Below, in pieces: positions 44,885 through 56,116 of a stretch of 64,000 nucleotides of DNA. The DNA is from an uncultured delta proteobacterium (lineage in GTDB: Bacteria > Myxococcota_A > Polyangia > Polyangiales > Polyangiaceae). The stretch covers positions 1,536,001 to 1,600,000 of the forward strand of contig CAWDXG010000001.1 in assembly GCA_963806225.1 (NCBI GenBank), written 5' to 3'. The stretch's first letter is position 1, and each line of letters opens with the position of its first letter. The position numbers and the translations under genes are program-made. A model generated the notes under the pieces. It searched no databases. It was given only the letters and a program-made list of their open reading frames with translations, and was not told the DNA's origin.

Positions 44885-45777
44885 GTCGCACGAGCAGGGT
44901 GGTCGAGGCGCCGGCAGAGGACGCCTTCGTCGAGAGCGAGAGCCCGAAGCCGGGTCCCGTCCGGTCGAAGTCGCGGCGCGTGAAGAGAGAGAGTGCGCCT
45001 GCTCCGGGCCGGGGACGGACGCTCTCGTCGCTGTGGTCGGCGCTCAAGCTGGCCTCCGGTGTGCTCGTGGTCGTTGCTGCGTCCGTCGCCGTGGCCTGGG
45101 GCGCGCATCGCTATGCGCTCAGCACGCCGCGCTTCGCGGTGAAGAAGCTCGACATCCGCGGCAGCCGGCGGCTGGGGCAGCAGCAGATCGAGAAGCTCGC
45201 CGGCATCCGCGTGGGCGAGAACATCTTCGCACTGGACACGGCGGCGGCGGAACGGCGGCTGCTGGACGACCCCTGGGTCAAGGAGGTGAAGATCACCCGC
45301 CAGCTGCCGGGCACGCTGCGTGTCGAGCTGTCCGAGCACGAAGCGCGCGCTGTCGCGTCCATCGACGGCAGCCTCTACCTCCTGACGCGGACGGGCGAGC
45401 CGTTCAAGCAGCTGGGGGCCGGGGATCCGTTCGACCTGCCCGTGATCACGGGCATCTCCGCCCAGAACCTGGCGCGCGATCGCAAGGGCGCGATCCGGCG
45501 CATCGAGGTCGGGCTGGATGTGCTCGAGAACTACAACCGCATCCCGCTCAGCAAGACCTACCCCGCCGAGGAGGTCCATCTGATGGCCGGCGGCGGCGCA
45601 GTGCTGACCGTCGGCAAGGACGGAGTGACGCTCGAGCTCGGGCACGGGCCCTGGCGCAAGAAGCTCCTGATGGCGGCCCGGGTCATCGGCAGGTTGCGCG
45701 CCAAGGGCCAGCAGCCGGGCATCGTCTTCCTCGACAACGAAGCGCACCCCGAGCGGGTGGTGGTGAGGATGCGATGA
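44881..45777 (+). CDS. ftsQ: Cell division protein FtsQ/DivIB
   Basis: Cytoplasmic N-terminus, TM, POTRA (PWVKEVKITRQLPGTLRVEL), DLPVITG. Confidence 0.9.
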   Translation: MSRTSRVVEAPAEDAFVESESPKPGPVRSKSRRVKRESAPAPGRGRTLSSLWSALKLASGVLVVVAASVAVAWGAHRYALSTPRFAVKKLDIRGSRRLGQQQIEKLAGIRVGENIFALDTAAAERRLLDDPWVKEVKITRQLPGTLRVELSEHEARAVASIDGSLYLLTRTGEPFKQLGAGDPFDLPVITGISAQNLARDRKGAIRRIEVGLDVLENYNRIPLSKTYPAEEVHLMAGGGAVLTVGKDGVTLELGHGPWRKKLLMAARVIGRLRAKGQQPGIVFLDNEAHPERVVVRMR

Positions 45778-45916
45778 CTACGCGCCCCATGCCTTCAATG
45801 ACCCCGGAAGCATTCGTGAAAACTTGGCCCCGTTTCGGCCTTGGTGGCAGCGTCGGACCGACTTCCGGCCGGCGTCCCACGCGGGTCGTCGCCGGACCAG
45901 CTGCCACGAGAGAGAC

Positions 45917-47184
<1,268 letters not shown>

Positions 47185-47324
47185 GTCGTTCCTGAAGTGT
47201 AGATACCCAACGGAGAGAGCGAAGAGGCAACGACAAGAGCCGACATCCGGGTCCACATGGGAGAGGCAGCTCCCGGGCACGAGAGGCGGCACGCGGCGAC
47301 AAGTCGCACCGGGAGGATAGGACG

Positions 47325-48554
47325 ATGAGTTTCTCTATCGAGTTCGCCGATGACGCGCAGCAGTACCAGGCGCGCATCAAGGTCATCGGCGTAGGCGGTT
47401 CGGGCGGCAACGCCATCAACACGATGATCCACTTCGGTCTGGAAGGAGTGGAGTTCATCACGGTCAACACGGACGCGCAGGCCCTGAACGCCAACGCGGC
47501 CGCGGAGAAGATTCCGATCGGCGGTAGCGTGACGCGCGGTCTGGGCGCCGGCGCGGATCCGGAGCGGGGTCGCAAGGCCGCGCTGGAGGACGTGACGCGC
47601 CTCAAGGAGGCGATCGACGGCGCCGACATGGTGTTCGTCACCGCTGGCATGGGCGGCGGCACGGGAACGGGCGCGGCTCCGGTCATCGCCCAGCTGGCCC
47701 GCGAGGCCGGCGCGCTCACGGTCGGCGTCGTGACCAAGCCCTTCGTCTTCGAGGGACGGCAGCGTTCGCGCCGCGCCCAGCAGGGACTTTCCATGCTGAG
47801 CGAGCACGTCGACACGCTCATCACGATCCCCAACGAGAAGCTGATGACGCTGGCGGACGACGAGCTGACGTTCGTCGATGCGTTCCGCAAGGCGGACGAG
47901 GTGCTCTACCAGGCGGTCAAGGGCATCAGCGACCTCATCACGCTCGACGGCATCGTCAACGTCGACTTCGCGGACGTGCGGACGGTGATGGCGAACATGG
48001 GCCGCGCGCTCATGGGCACCGGCTGTGCCAAGGGCGAGGGCCGCGCGCGGCTCGCGGCCGAGCAGGCCGTGCAGTCGCCGCTGCTCGACAACATCTCCGT
48101 GGAAGGCGCGACCGGCGTGCTCATCAACGTGGTCGGCGGTCCGGACATGAAGATGCGCGAGATCCAGGAAGCGGCCTCGCTCATCCAGGAGCAGGCGCAC
48201 GAGGATGCCAACATCATCTTCGGCGCCAGCATCGACGAGGGCATGGCCGACGCGCTCAAGGTGACGGTCATCGCGACCGGCTTCGACGCGATGGAGGAGC
48301 AGATCCCGGTCGAGATCGCCGCCGAGACGCGGCGCCCCGCCGAGCGCGCTGCTCCCCCCTCGCGGCAGATGCAGCGCGAGCCGATGCCGGCTTATTCGAC
48401 CCGGCGCCCCGCCGCCGCAGCGGCCAGTCTGCAGGCCTCGTCCCCGCGCGAGCCGCAGTCCTCGCTGCCTCCGGTCCGCGAGCGGATCACGTTCCCGTCG
48501 AGCCTCGATCACGACTGGGACACGCCTGCCTTCCAGCGTCGCCAGAGCGGCTGA
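47325..48554 (+). CDS. ftsZ: Cell division protein FtsZ
   Basis: GVGGSGGNA, GGGTGTG, NVDFAD, C-terminal DTPAFQRR. Confidence 0.98.
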   Translation: MSFSIEFADDAQQYQARIKVIGVGGSGGNAINTMIHFGLEGVEFITVNTDAQALNANAAAEKIPIGGSVTRGLGAGADPERGRKAALEDVTRLKEAIDGADMVFVTAGMGGGTGTGAAPVIAQLAREAGALTVGVVTKPFVFEGRQRSRRAQQGLSMLSEHVDTLITIPNEKLMTLADDELTFVDAFRKADEVLYQAVKGISDLITLDGIVNVDFADVRTVMANMGRALMGTGCAKGEGRARLAAEQAVQSPLLDNISVEGATGVLINVVGGPDMKMREIQEAASLIQEQAHEDANIIFGASIDEGMADALKVTVIATGFDAMEEQIPVEIAAETRRPAERAAPPSRQMQREPMPAYSTRRPAAAAASLQASSPREPQSSLPPVRERITFPSSLDHDWDTPAFQRRQSG

Positions 48555-48836
48555 CGGCGCTGCCTCTCGACAATCCGTGGGTATGTTGGACCGCTCCGTC
48601 CTCGCGAGAGGGCGGAGCGGTTCGTTTTCCATGGCCTGCCTTCACGGTCAGGTACACGCGGCCCCCCGACATGGGTCCTTCCCGCGAAACCCGCCGCATT
48701 TCAAAGCGTTCTGCGGCCCGGTAGGTGTCGGGCCGGGCGATCGGGCCCGGGCCCGGCATTGGCTGTTGACTCCCGCAGCCGGCCATCTACTGTGGGGCGC
48801 GCTCGCTGCCGAGCTATCGATCGAGGGAGAATATCC

Positions 48837-49286
48837 GTGCGAAGAGTCTTCTTTTTCGGGATCGTCGCCGTGGCGTCGCTGTCAGCCGGCTGCGCGGCAC
48901 GCAGTGACAACATCTACGCGCAGGACGTGACCAAGGTGTTCAACGCCCAGGGCTCTGCTCTGACGGACTGCCAGGCCCAGGCGGTGAAGCAGGACGCGAG
49001 TGCCGCCGGAACCGTGGCGGTGAAGTTCAAGGTGAAGGAGAAGACGGGCGCCTTCGTGGATCCCGCCATCATTCCGGAGAAGACGACCGCGCCGGAGTCG
49101 CTGCAGCAGTGCGTGCTGACGTACATCCCGGGCTTGAAGCTCATGCCCGGCGACAACCGTCCGGCGGCTGCTACCTACGAGTTCGTGTTCAGCCCCGTGG
49201 CGGGCGCAACGGCTTCGGCCGACACCGGTTCGGCTCCGGCGGGGCCAATGCACGTTCCGGACGCGCCGGTCCCGCCGGCGCAGTAG
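48837..49286 (+). CDS. Lipoprotein with AgmX/PglI (TonB C-terminal-like) domain
   Basis: Lipobox SAGC; C..A...GTVAVKF..CV..YEFVF pattern. Confidence 0.7.
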   Translation: MRRVFFFGIVAVASLSAGCAARSDNIYAQDVTKVFNAQGSALTDCQAQAVKQDASAAGTVAVKFKVKEKTGAFVDPAIIPEKTTAPESLQQCVLTYIPGLKLMPGDNRPAAATYEFVFSPVAGATASADTGSAPAGPMHVPDAPVPPAQ

Positions 49287-49379
49287 CAGGGCACGGCGCG
49301 CCGCGCGTTCTATGCCCGGGAGGCTCGCGTGACCGGTCGCCGGCGCGCGAGCCTGCCTTGAGAAAAGGGAGGTGGGTCT

Positions 49380-49643
49380 ATGGTGATCGTGCGGCGGTTG
49401 GTTCTTGCTTTTGGTCTGGCAACACTGTGCGCGGTGGTGCTGGGCGGTTGCGGCCCCGATACGGCGCCACCCATGACCGCGGCCGGCGTTGCCACTCCGT
49501 GCAATCCGGCTCGCTGCGGCCAGCGTCCACTCGCACCGCGGCGTCGCTGTGCGGACGGCAGCTATGCCGGCGTGGGAGCCTGCGTGCAGACCGGCGGCGC
49601 GCGCTGCGGCTGGCAGGTCATCGACTGCCCCTCGGGCGGCTGA
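49380..49643 (+). CDS. Small Cys-rich lipoprotein
   Basis: GGAGG SD; LGGC lipobox; C-X4-C..CADGS..C..CGW...CP. Confidence 0.7.
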   Translation: MVIVRRLVLAFGLATLCAVVLGGCGPDTAPPMTAAGVATPCNPARCGQRPLAPRRRCADGSYAGVGACVQTGGARCGWQVIDCPSGG

Positions 49644-49693
49644 CGCGGCGATCCCGGCAGGCCGCGCCGGTTGCGGGGGGCTGCCGACGCCCG

Positions 49694-50206
49694 TCAGTGT
49701 GACCCGGACAGCTCCTCGAGCAGCTCGTTCGCGCGCGCCTCGCCGAGCTCGAGCCCGCGAGCCAGGCGGTCGAGCAGATCGTGTTCCTCCGGAGTGATCT
49801 CGTTGTCGGCCGCGGCCACGGCTGCCGCCAGCAGCACCGTGGTCTCGGCCCGCACGGGGTCGCTGCGCAGGCTTTCGATCACGTCGGCCAGACACCGCTC
49901 GACGCCGTGTTCGGCGACCCGTCGCGCGGAGGAATCGAGCATGGCCTCCATGTGCGTGGTGCGCAGCCGTCCGTCCGACAGCACGTCGAGCGCCCCACGC
50001 GCTACCTCGCGTTCCACGTTCAGGACCCGGCGATCGGCTGCCATCATCAGATACAGGGCCTCGCACATCGGACCGTACTCTTCGAGTAGCTCCACCGCTT
50101 CGATCACCTGCGGCGAAGCGCTGGGGAACACCATCGAGGGGCGGCGTCCCCGTGCCTTGAGCTGATCGCGGAGCGATTCGAGTCTGCGCTGGGTCAACTG
50201 CAGCAT
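49694..50206 (-). CDS. TerB family domain protein
   Basis: LMMAAD....ERE and AVAAADNEITPEE..L..LA..L. Confidence 0.8.
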   Translation of the reverse strand: MLQLTQRRLESLRDQLKARGRRPSMVFPSASPQVIEAVELLEEYGPMCEALYLMMAADRRVLNVEREVARGALDVLSDGRLRTTHMEAMLDSSARRVAEHGVERCLADVIESLRSDPVRAETTVLLAAAVAAADNEITPEEHDLLDRLARGLELGEARANELLEELSGSH

Positions 50207-50290
50207 GCGCTGCCCCTATGGATACACCCGTGCCGCCGCGCTGCAAGCTGCGCCGGGCGTCCAGAGCCCGCAGGGGTTTCCGCCATCCAG

Positions 50291-51532
50291 CTAGCCTTCC
50301 AGGCGCGGGTCGAGAGCAAAACGCTGCTCCTCGTAGCCGTAGGCCGTGGGCGAAAGCTCCAGAACCGTATGCAGCGGGATCGGGATGTGGGGGCACTCCT
50401 CCTGCGGCCGCCCCATCAGGTAGCCGTAGAGCGTGCGGACGATCGCCTGGTGCCCGATCACGAGCACCGGCGAGCGCTGCCGCTCGAGCTCCACGATCAC
50501 CGGCTCGAGTCGCTGGATCACGTCCGCGTACGATTCGCCCCTCGGGTAGCGGTAGCGGAGCTTGTCCGTCGCGCGCGCTGTGTACTCATCCGGCATCTTC
50601 TCCTTGATCTGCGCGTAGGTCAGGCCATCGCAGATCCCGGCGTCTATCTCGTCGAGTGCGCGCCACGGCACCGACAGCGCCGGCAACGCAGCGGCGGATT
50701 CCAGTGTGCGCCGGAGCGTGCTCGTCCAGACCACCACGCCGGAGTCCTCGGGTGTGCGCTCCTCGATGAAGCGCGCCAGCGAGTCGCGGTACTGGCGGCC
50801 CCGATCGGTCAGGCCTGGATCGCCGCCGATGCGCCCGGCCACATTGAAGTGGCTCTCGCCGTGGCGCGTGAGCCAGATCCGGCGTTTGGCTGGGTGGATG
50901 TTCATCAAGAAGAAGATGAGCCGGGCGCCGAGGTAGCCCTCGACGCGGTTGACGACCACCTGACGGCCTACGTCGATCAGCTTGACGTAGCTCTTGTCGG
51001 CGTCGTCGACCGGCTCGTACGTCTCCTCGTAGTGGGCGATACGTTCGCGGAAGTCCCGCACCGCCTCTTCGGGGGCCACGTCGGCGTAGTCCGGCGAGCG
51101 CAGCTTGTTGTCGCGCACGTTCGCGTCCACGACGCTCTCGTCCTCGCAGATCGACTCGATGAAGATGACCTGCACACCTTCCGCCCGGCAGCGCTCGTAC
51201 ACGGTGTCGCGACGGCTGCGATCGGTGTTGGTGGCGTCGTAGATGCCGACCTCGCCGCCCTGACGGAACCAACCGAGCAGGTCGTCGAGTGCCGCGATGG
51301 CTGCGCGGGCGCGCGCCGCGTGGCCTTCGGGATTGTCGGGGCGGAAGAAGTCCGCCGACTGCCGCGCGCCCGACAGGGCGCGGCGGTACTCGCCGACGTT
51401 GAAGGCCCGCGCCCGGTAGCCCAGCCACGACAGGTAGCGGACCATCTTGCGGGAGACGAAGGTTTTCCCGCGCGCCGGGAGCCCGACCATCACCAGCGCA
51501 AGCTTCCTCGAATCGGGCTGCAGGGGGATCAT
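50291..51532 (-). CDS. Bifunctional 6-phosphofructo-2-kinase/fructose-2,6-bisphosphatase
   Basis: VMVGLPARGKT, FNVGEYRR, DATN, FIESIC, SPDY kinase motifs; RHGES, GRIGGD, LDEIDAG, YRYPRGESY, LEPVIVELERQ, HQA phosphatase motifs. Confidence 0.93.
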   Translation of the reverse strand: MIPLQPDSRKLALVMVGLPARGKTFVSRKMVRYLSWLGYRARAFNVGEYRRALSGARQSADFFRPDNPEGHAARARAAIAALDDLLGWFRQGGEVGIYDATNTDRSRRDTVYERCRAEGVQVIFIESICEDESVVDANVRDNKLRSPDYADVAPEEAVRDFRERIAHYEETYEPVDDADKSYVKLIDVGRQVVVNRVEGYLGARLIFFLMNIHPAKRRIWLTRHGESHFNVAGRIGGDPGLTDRGRQYRDSLARFIEERTPEDSGVVVWTSTLRRTLESAAALPALSVPWRALDEIDAGICDGLTYAQIKEKMPDEYTARATDKLRYRYPRGESYADVIQRLEPVIVELERQRSPVLVIGHQAIVRTLYGYLMGRPQEECPHIPIPLHTVLELSPTAYGYEEQRFALDPRLEG

Positions 51533-51631
51533 GAGTGCACCTCGCGTGACGCGCCGCCCGCTGCATCTACCAGATCCGAAGCCCGGAGTCTGCCGCCGGC
51601 CGCGCTCCGGCGTACAGTAGGGCGCTCTCCG

Positions 51632-52693
51632 ATGTCCGACCCATGTCCCGTTCGCGAGCCCGTCCGGGTTACCCTGCTCAGCGGTTTCCTGGGCGCCGGC
51701 AAGACCACGCTCCTCAACCGTATCCTGAGGGGCGAGCACGGCCGCCGCATGGCCGTCGTGGTCAATGACTTCGGCGACGTCGACATCGACAGCCAGCTTG
51801 TCATCGGCATCGAGGGGAACACCGTCAGCCTGAGCAGCGGCTGTATCTGCTGCACCATCAACGAGGATCTGGTCACGACGATCCGCGATCTGCTGCGTCG
51901 GGCCGTGCCACCCCAGCATATCGTCGTGGAGATGAGCGGCGTGGCCGACCCGGGCAGCGTCGTGCAGAGCTTCCTGATGATGGCGAGGACCTGGCCACTC
52001 CAGCTCGACGGCGTGCTCGCCGTCGTCGATGCGGAACAATTCCCGGAGCCCGGCAGCGAGCACTACGTGCTGGCGCGGCAGCAGCTCGCCCTCGCCGACG
52101 TCATCCTCCTCAACAAGGCCGACCTGGTCGAGCCCGCGGCGCTCGAGGCGCTCGGGCGCAGCATCCACGAGCTGGTGCCGACTGCGCGCGTGGTGGAGTC
52201 CGTGCGCGCGGCAGCGCCGCTCGAGCTGTTGCTCGGCGTCGGCTCGCCGTCGTCGCAGGCGCTGCTCGAGCCGCGCGACGTGTCCAGCGAGCCCGCCGCG
52301 CATCGTCACGCGGAGCTCCACGATCACGAAAGCGTGTTCAGCACGGTCAGCTACGTGACGCCGGATCCGATTTCGCTCGAGCGGCTGCGCGAGACGGCTA
52401 CCGGGCTGCCGCCGAGCGTATTCCGCGCCAAGGGCATCGTGTACCTCGACCAGCGTCCGGACTACCGCGTGATCCTGCAGGTGGTGGGGCGCCGAGCGGA
52501 GCTATCGCTCGGCGAGCCCTGGGGCGAGGCCAGGCCGGCGACCAGCCTCGTCTTCATCGGGCGCCGCGGCAGTCTCGACGCCGCCTCGCTAGCGTCGATG
52601 CTGGACGCCTGCGCGGTCCGGAGCCCCGGCCGAGCGCGCCTGCCGCTCCGTCGAGCGCTCACCTGGGTGCGGCGGCTCTGGCGCCCCGGGTGA
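51632..52693 (+). CDS. CobW/COG0523 family GTPase (metallochaperone)
   Basis: GFLGAGKTT, GCICC, EMSG, NKAD, RAKG. Confidence 0.93.
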   Translation: MSDPCPVREPVRVTLLSGFLGAGKTTLLNRILRGEHGRRMAVVVNDFGDVDIDSQLVIGIEGNTVSLSSGCICCTINEDLVTTIRDLLRRAVPPQHIVVEMSGVADPGSVVQSFLMMARTWPLQLDGVLAVVDAEQFPEPGSEHYVLARQQLALADVILLNKADLVEPAALEALGRSIHELVPTARVVESVRAAAPLELLLGVGSPSSQALLEPRDVSSEPAAHRHAELHDHESVFSTVSYVTPDPISLERLRETATGLPPSVFRAKGIVYLDQRPDYRVILQVVGRRAELSLGEPWGEARPATSLVFIGRRGSLDAASLASMLDACAVRSPGRARLPLRRALTWVRRLWRPG

Positions 52694-52746
52694 CCCGCTT
52701 TACGGCCGGCGGACGTGCAGCTACAAGCGGGGCGCACGAAGCGAGG

Positions 52747-53490
52747 ATGATTTTGCCGGCGATCAAGCTCCACCGTTTCCCCCTCAGCCACTTTTCCGAG
52801 AAGGGCAGAGCGCTGCTCGATTTCAAGGAGCTCGACTACGAGATCGTCGAGCACCAGCTCGGCCTGCCGCAGCTGGGCGTGTATCGATTGAGCGGGCAGC
52901 GCAAGGTCCCCGTCATCGAGCACGACGGCCGCGTGATCGCCGACTCCACCCGGATCGCCCTGTACCTCGAGGAGCGGTTTCCTGACAGGCGCTGCTTGTT
53001 GCCGGAGGATACGAACCGGCGGCGGGAGGTGCTGGAGCTCGAGAGCCGTATCGATCGCGTGTTCGGCGGGGCGGCCGCGGTGGCCTGGTTCGATGCCATC
53101 AGCAGCGATCGCGACGCTGTTGCACGCTTGCTCGATGTGGAAGTGTACGGCGTCGGTGCGCGGTCCTCGCGCGTGTGGGCGATGGCCGCGCAGGCCGCAT
53201 GGAAGCTGCCCGTCCCACGCCACATGGCGGCGCGGGCCCATCGCTCGACGCGCAAGCTGCTGGAGGAGCTGTGCGAGCGGCTGGATGGCTCGAGCTATCT
53301 GTGCGGTGACGAGCCGACGTTGGCCGACGTGGCGGCCGTCGGCCTCACGTTCCATCTGGAGTTTCCCCACTCGCGCGATCTGCGCATCCCGGGCCTCGCC
53401 GGCGTTGGCGTTCCGGCCTACGTAGAAGACGAGAAGCTTGCGCGCTTCTTCGAATGGCGGCGCGCGTTCTATCGCGACCTGCTTCACTGA
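52747..53490 (+). CDS. Glutathione S-transferase family protein
   Basis: SHFSEK, KVPVI, DSTRI, YLCGDEPTLAD. Confidence 0.88.
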   Translation: MILPAIKLHRFPLSHFSEKGRALLDFKELDYEIVEHQLGLPQLGVYRLSGQRKVPVIEHDGRVIADSTRIALYLEERFPDRRCLLPEDTNRRREVLELESRIDRVFGGAAAVAWFDAISSDRDAVARLLDVEVYGVGARSSRVWAMAAQAAWKLPVPRHMAARAHRSTRKLLEELCERLDGSSYLCGDEPTLADVAAVGLTFHLEFPHSRDLRIPGLAGVGVPAYVEDEKLARFFEWRRAFYRDLLH

Positions 53491-55319
53491 GTGCGCGGCG
53501 ACACGGGGGTCGGTGCCTTATCCGGTCCGGCTGCCAGTCCGCCTTCCCGGCGGTCGGCATACCCGTAGGCGACGCCGTCCGCGATCAGGATGTTGTTCGC
53601 GTCGCCGATCGGGATGCGCTTCTTCGAGAAGCGGTGCCCCATCTTCTCGAGCGCGTGCTTCACGCCAGAGGAAATGGGCCGCGCGCGCTCGTCGCGCACC
53701 TCGTCGGGAGCGAAGCTGCCGTGGATGCGAGGAGCGTCGACCGCCTTGTCGATCGTCATGCCGTAGTCGACGACATTGCGCAGCACCTGGACCACGGTGC
53801 TCGGGATCGTGTCGCCTCCGGGCGAACCCAGCACCAGCACCGGCGAGCCGTCCCGCAGCACCAGCGCGGGCGCCATCGAGCTCAGCGTGCGGCGCCCGGG
53901 CTTCGGGAGGTTGTCGCCCGCGGTGGAGAACGACGCGATCGAATTATTGAGCACGACGCCCGTGCCGGGCGCCATGATCTTCGCGCCGAAGCCGGCGGAT
54001 AGCGTGGTCGTGCAGCTGACGACCATGCCCTCGGCGTCCACGACCGAGAAGTGCGTCGTGTGCGCGGATTCGATCTCCTTCAGCGCCGCGGGGTACAGCG
54101 GGCTCACCTCTGCCGACGGCGTCGCGTGCTCGCGATCGATGGGAAGGCGTGCGAGCAGGCCTCTTGCGTCCAGCCAGCGGCCGCGCCGCTGCTGGCGCTC
54201 TGCCGGCGTGAGCGCGTCGGGATCCACCACGCCGAAGCGGCGATCCGAAAGCGCGCGCCGGGAGGTTTCGATGAACAGATGCAGCTCCTCGGCGGAGCCT
54301 TCCGGCTCCTTCCAGACCTGGAGCCTGTCCAGCATCTCGAGCTCCTCGGCGACAGCAACGCCCCCGGCCGAGGGCGGCGGCATGATCACCACCTCGAGCC
54401 CGTGGTAGCGGACGCGCAGGGGCTTGCGGAGCTTCGCCTGGTAGCCTGCGAGATCTGCGAGTGACAGGAGGCCGCCGTGGTGCATCGCACCCACCAGACC
54501 ACTGGCGGTTGCGCCTCGGTAGAAGCCGTCCCGTCCCGCGCTTGCGATCCGCTCGAGTGTCTTTCCGAGCAGCGGGCGTTTCAGCAGCTGCCCGGCGGCG
54601 ATGGGCTTGTTGTCGTGGCTGAACGTAGCCCGGGACGCGCGGTCGTGAAGCAGCTTGGCCCAGTTCCAGTGCACCGTGAGCGCCTCGCGCTGTCCGACGC
54701 GGTGACCCTTCTCTGCCAGCGCGATCGCGGGCGCCATGACCCGCTTTCGCGGCAGGCGTCCGAAGCGCTGGTGCGCGAGCTCCAGTCCGGCCACGGTTCC
54801 CGGCACGCCCACCGACGCCGGCCCGGTTGCGCCCGACGCGATCATCTGGTCGAACTTCTTCTGGGTGAGCGCGTGAGGCGCGGTCTCGCGGAAATCGATA
54901 GCTGTGGTGGGACCGCCTCCGGGCCGGACCAGCATGAAGCCGCCGCCGCCGAGGTTGCCTGCGCTCGGGTGCGTGACCGCGAGCGCGTAGGCGACCGCCA
55001 CTGCGGCGTCGACGGCGTTGCCCCCCGCTTCCAGGACACCGACTCCGGCGCGCGTTGCCTGCGGCTCGACGCTCGTCACCATCCCGTACTTGCCTCGTAC
55101 CGCCCGCTTGCCGCCGGCGTGGACCGCGGGCGGGGGCGGGGTCGACGAGGCGGCCGGCGGCGCCGACGCGGGCGCCGATGCCGGCACGGCCGCGGAACGA
55201 GTCGGAGCCGGCGCGCTCGCTGCGCTGCGGGCCGAGGACTCGTGCTCGGGAGCGCCCGACGGTGCGCGGTGGCACGCCGCGCAGGCGAGGAGCGGCGCGA
55301 GCGCCCAGGCGCGCTTCAT
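53484..55319 (-). CDS. ggt: Gamma-glutamyltransferase
   Basis: GGNAVDAA, GNLGGGGF, DFRETAP, HTTHFS nucleophile, LSSMAP, GSPGG. Confidence 0.95.
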   Translation of the reverse strand: MKRAWALAPLLACAACHRAPSGAPEHESSARSAASAPAPTRSAAVPASAPASAPPAASSTPPPPAVHAGGKRAVRGKYGMVTSVEPQATRAGVGVLEAGGNAVDAAVAVAYALAVTHPSAGNLGGGGFMLVRPGGGPTTAIDFRETAPHALTQKKFDQMIASGATGPASVGVPGTVAGLELAHQRFGRLPRKRVMAPAIALAEKGHRVGQREALTVHWNWAKLLHDRASRATFSHDNKPIAAGQLLKRPLLGKTLERIASAGRDGFYRGATASGLVGAMHHGGLLSLADLAGYQAKLRKPLRVRYHGLEVVIMPPPSAGGVAVAEELEMLDRLQVWKEPEGSAEELHLFIETSRRALSDRRFGVVDPDALTPAERQQRRGRWLDARGLLARLPIDREHATPSAEVSPLYPAALKEIESAHTTHFSVVDAEGMVVSCTTTLSAGFGAKIMAPGTGVVLNNSIASFSTAGDNLPKPGRRTLSSMAPALVLRDGSPVLVLGSPGGDTIPSTVVQVLRNVVDYGMTIDKAVDAPRIHGSFAPDEVRDERARPISSGVKHALEKMGHRFSKKRIPIGDANNILIADGVAYGYADRREGGLAAGPDKAPTPVSPRTQ

Positions 55320-56116
55320 TGCGGGCGATCCTCGATGCTGCGAGGCAGCGCCCGTGTTTCCGACGAGAGCAGTGCCGGCGCGCGCGGCTCGAACACCGCG
55401 CCCCGTCGTCCCGAGTGCTCGTAGAGCTGCCAGCGCAGATGCACCGCGGACAGCTCTGCCACGACCAGCGCAGGGATCAAGCCCACTCCGCACAGCAGGG
55501 CCCCGGCAGCGAGCAGCACCACGAGAGCGGGCGCGAGCAGCGCATAGCCAACCAGCGCCCGGACGCCCGTGCGCCGCGTATAGCGCCCGAGCCAGGCGCC
55601 CGACAGTACGTCGATGGGATCGGCGCCAAGCTCCAGACCGGTCACCGCCGAGCTGGCCAGCACCGTACCGACGGCTGCCAGCACCAACTCGGCCAGCGCG
55701 CCCAGGATGAAGAGGAGGGGCACGACGCTGCCGCTCGATGCGATCATCCCGGCCAGCCCGCCCAGGAAGAACAGCGCCAGTACGGCGTACGTCAGGAGTG
55801 CCAGCGCCGTGCCGGCCAGATAGGCCGTCAGGGCCGGCCGCCAACCGACGCGAAGGTAGTAGGCGAAGTCGCGGAGCGACGGACTGGGCACCGGCTCGGG
55901 ATGCCGCGCGCACAGCCGCCGTGAGGTCTCCGACAGCCAACCGGCGAGCGCTATCCAGCCCAGCACCGGCACGAGCTGCCAGAGCGACATCACGATCACC
56001 CGCCGGGCAGCACCCGGGCCCTCGAACGGAAAGCGCAACGCTGTGAGCGCGCTCGGGCGCGGTTGTTCCGCCGGACCCGGCGCCAGCGCATGCGGAACCC
56101 CGAGCTCGCTGGCCAT
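55316..56116 (-). CDS. DUF4013-like membrane protein (paralog 2)
   Basis: Multi-TM, similar to upstream gene (VPVLGWIALAGW..DFAYYL..G). Confidence 0.7.
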   Translation of the reverse strand: MASELGVPHALAPGPAEQPRPSALTALRFPFEGPGAARRVIVMSLWQLVPVLGWIALAGWLSETSRRLCARHPEPVPSPSLRDFAYYLRVGWRPALTAYLAGTALALLTYAVLALFFLGGLAGMIASSGSVVPLLFILGALAELVLAAVGTVLASSAVTGLELGADPIDVLSGAWLGRYTRRTGVRALVGYALLAPALVVLLAAGALLCGVGLIPALVVAELSAVHLRWQLYEHSGRRGAVFEPRAPALLSSETRALPRSIEDRPQ

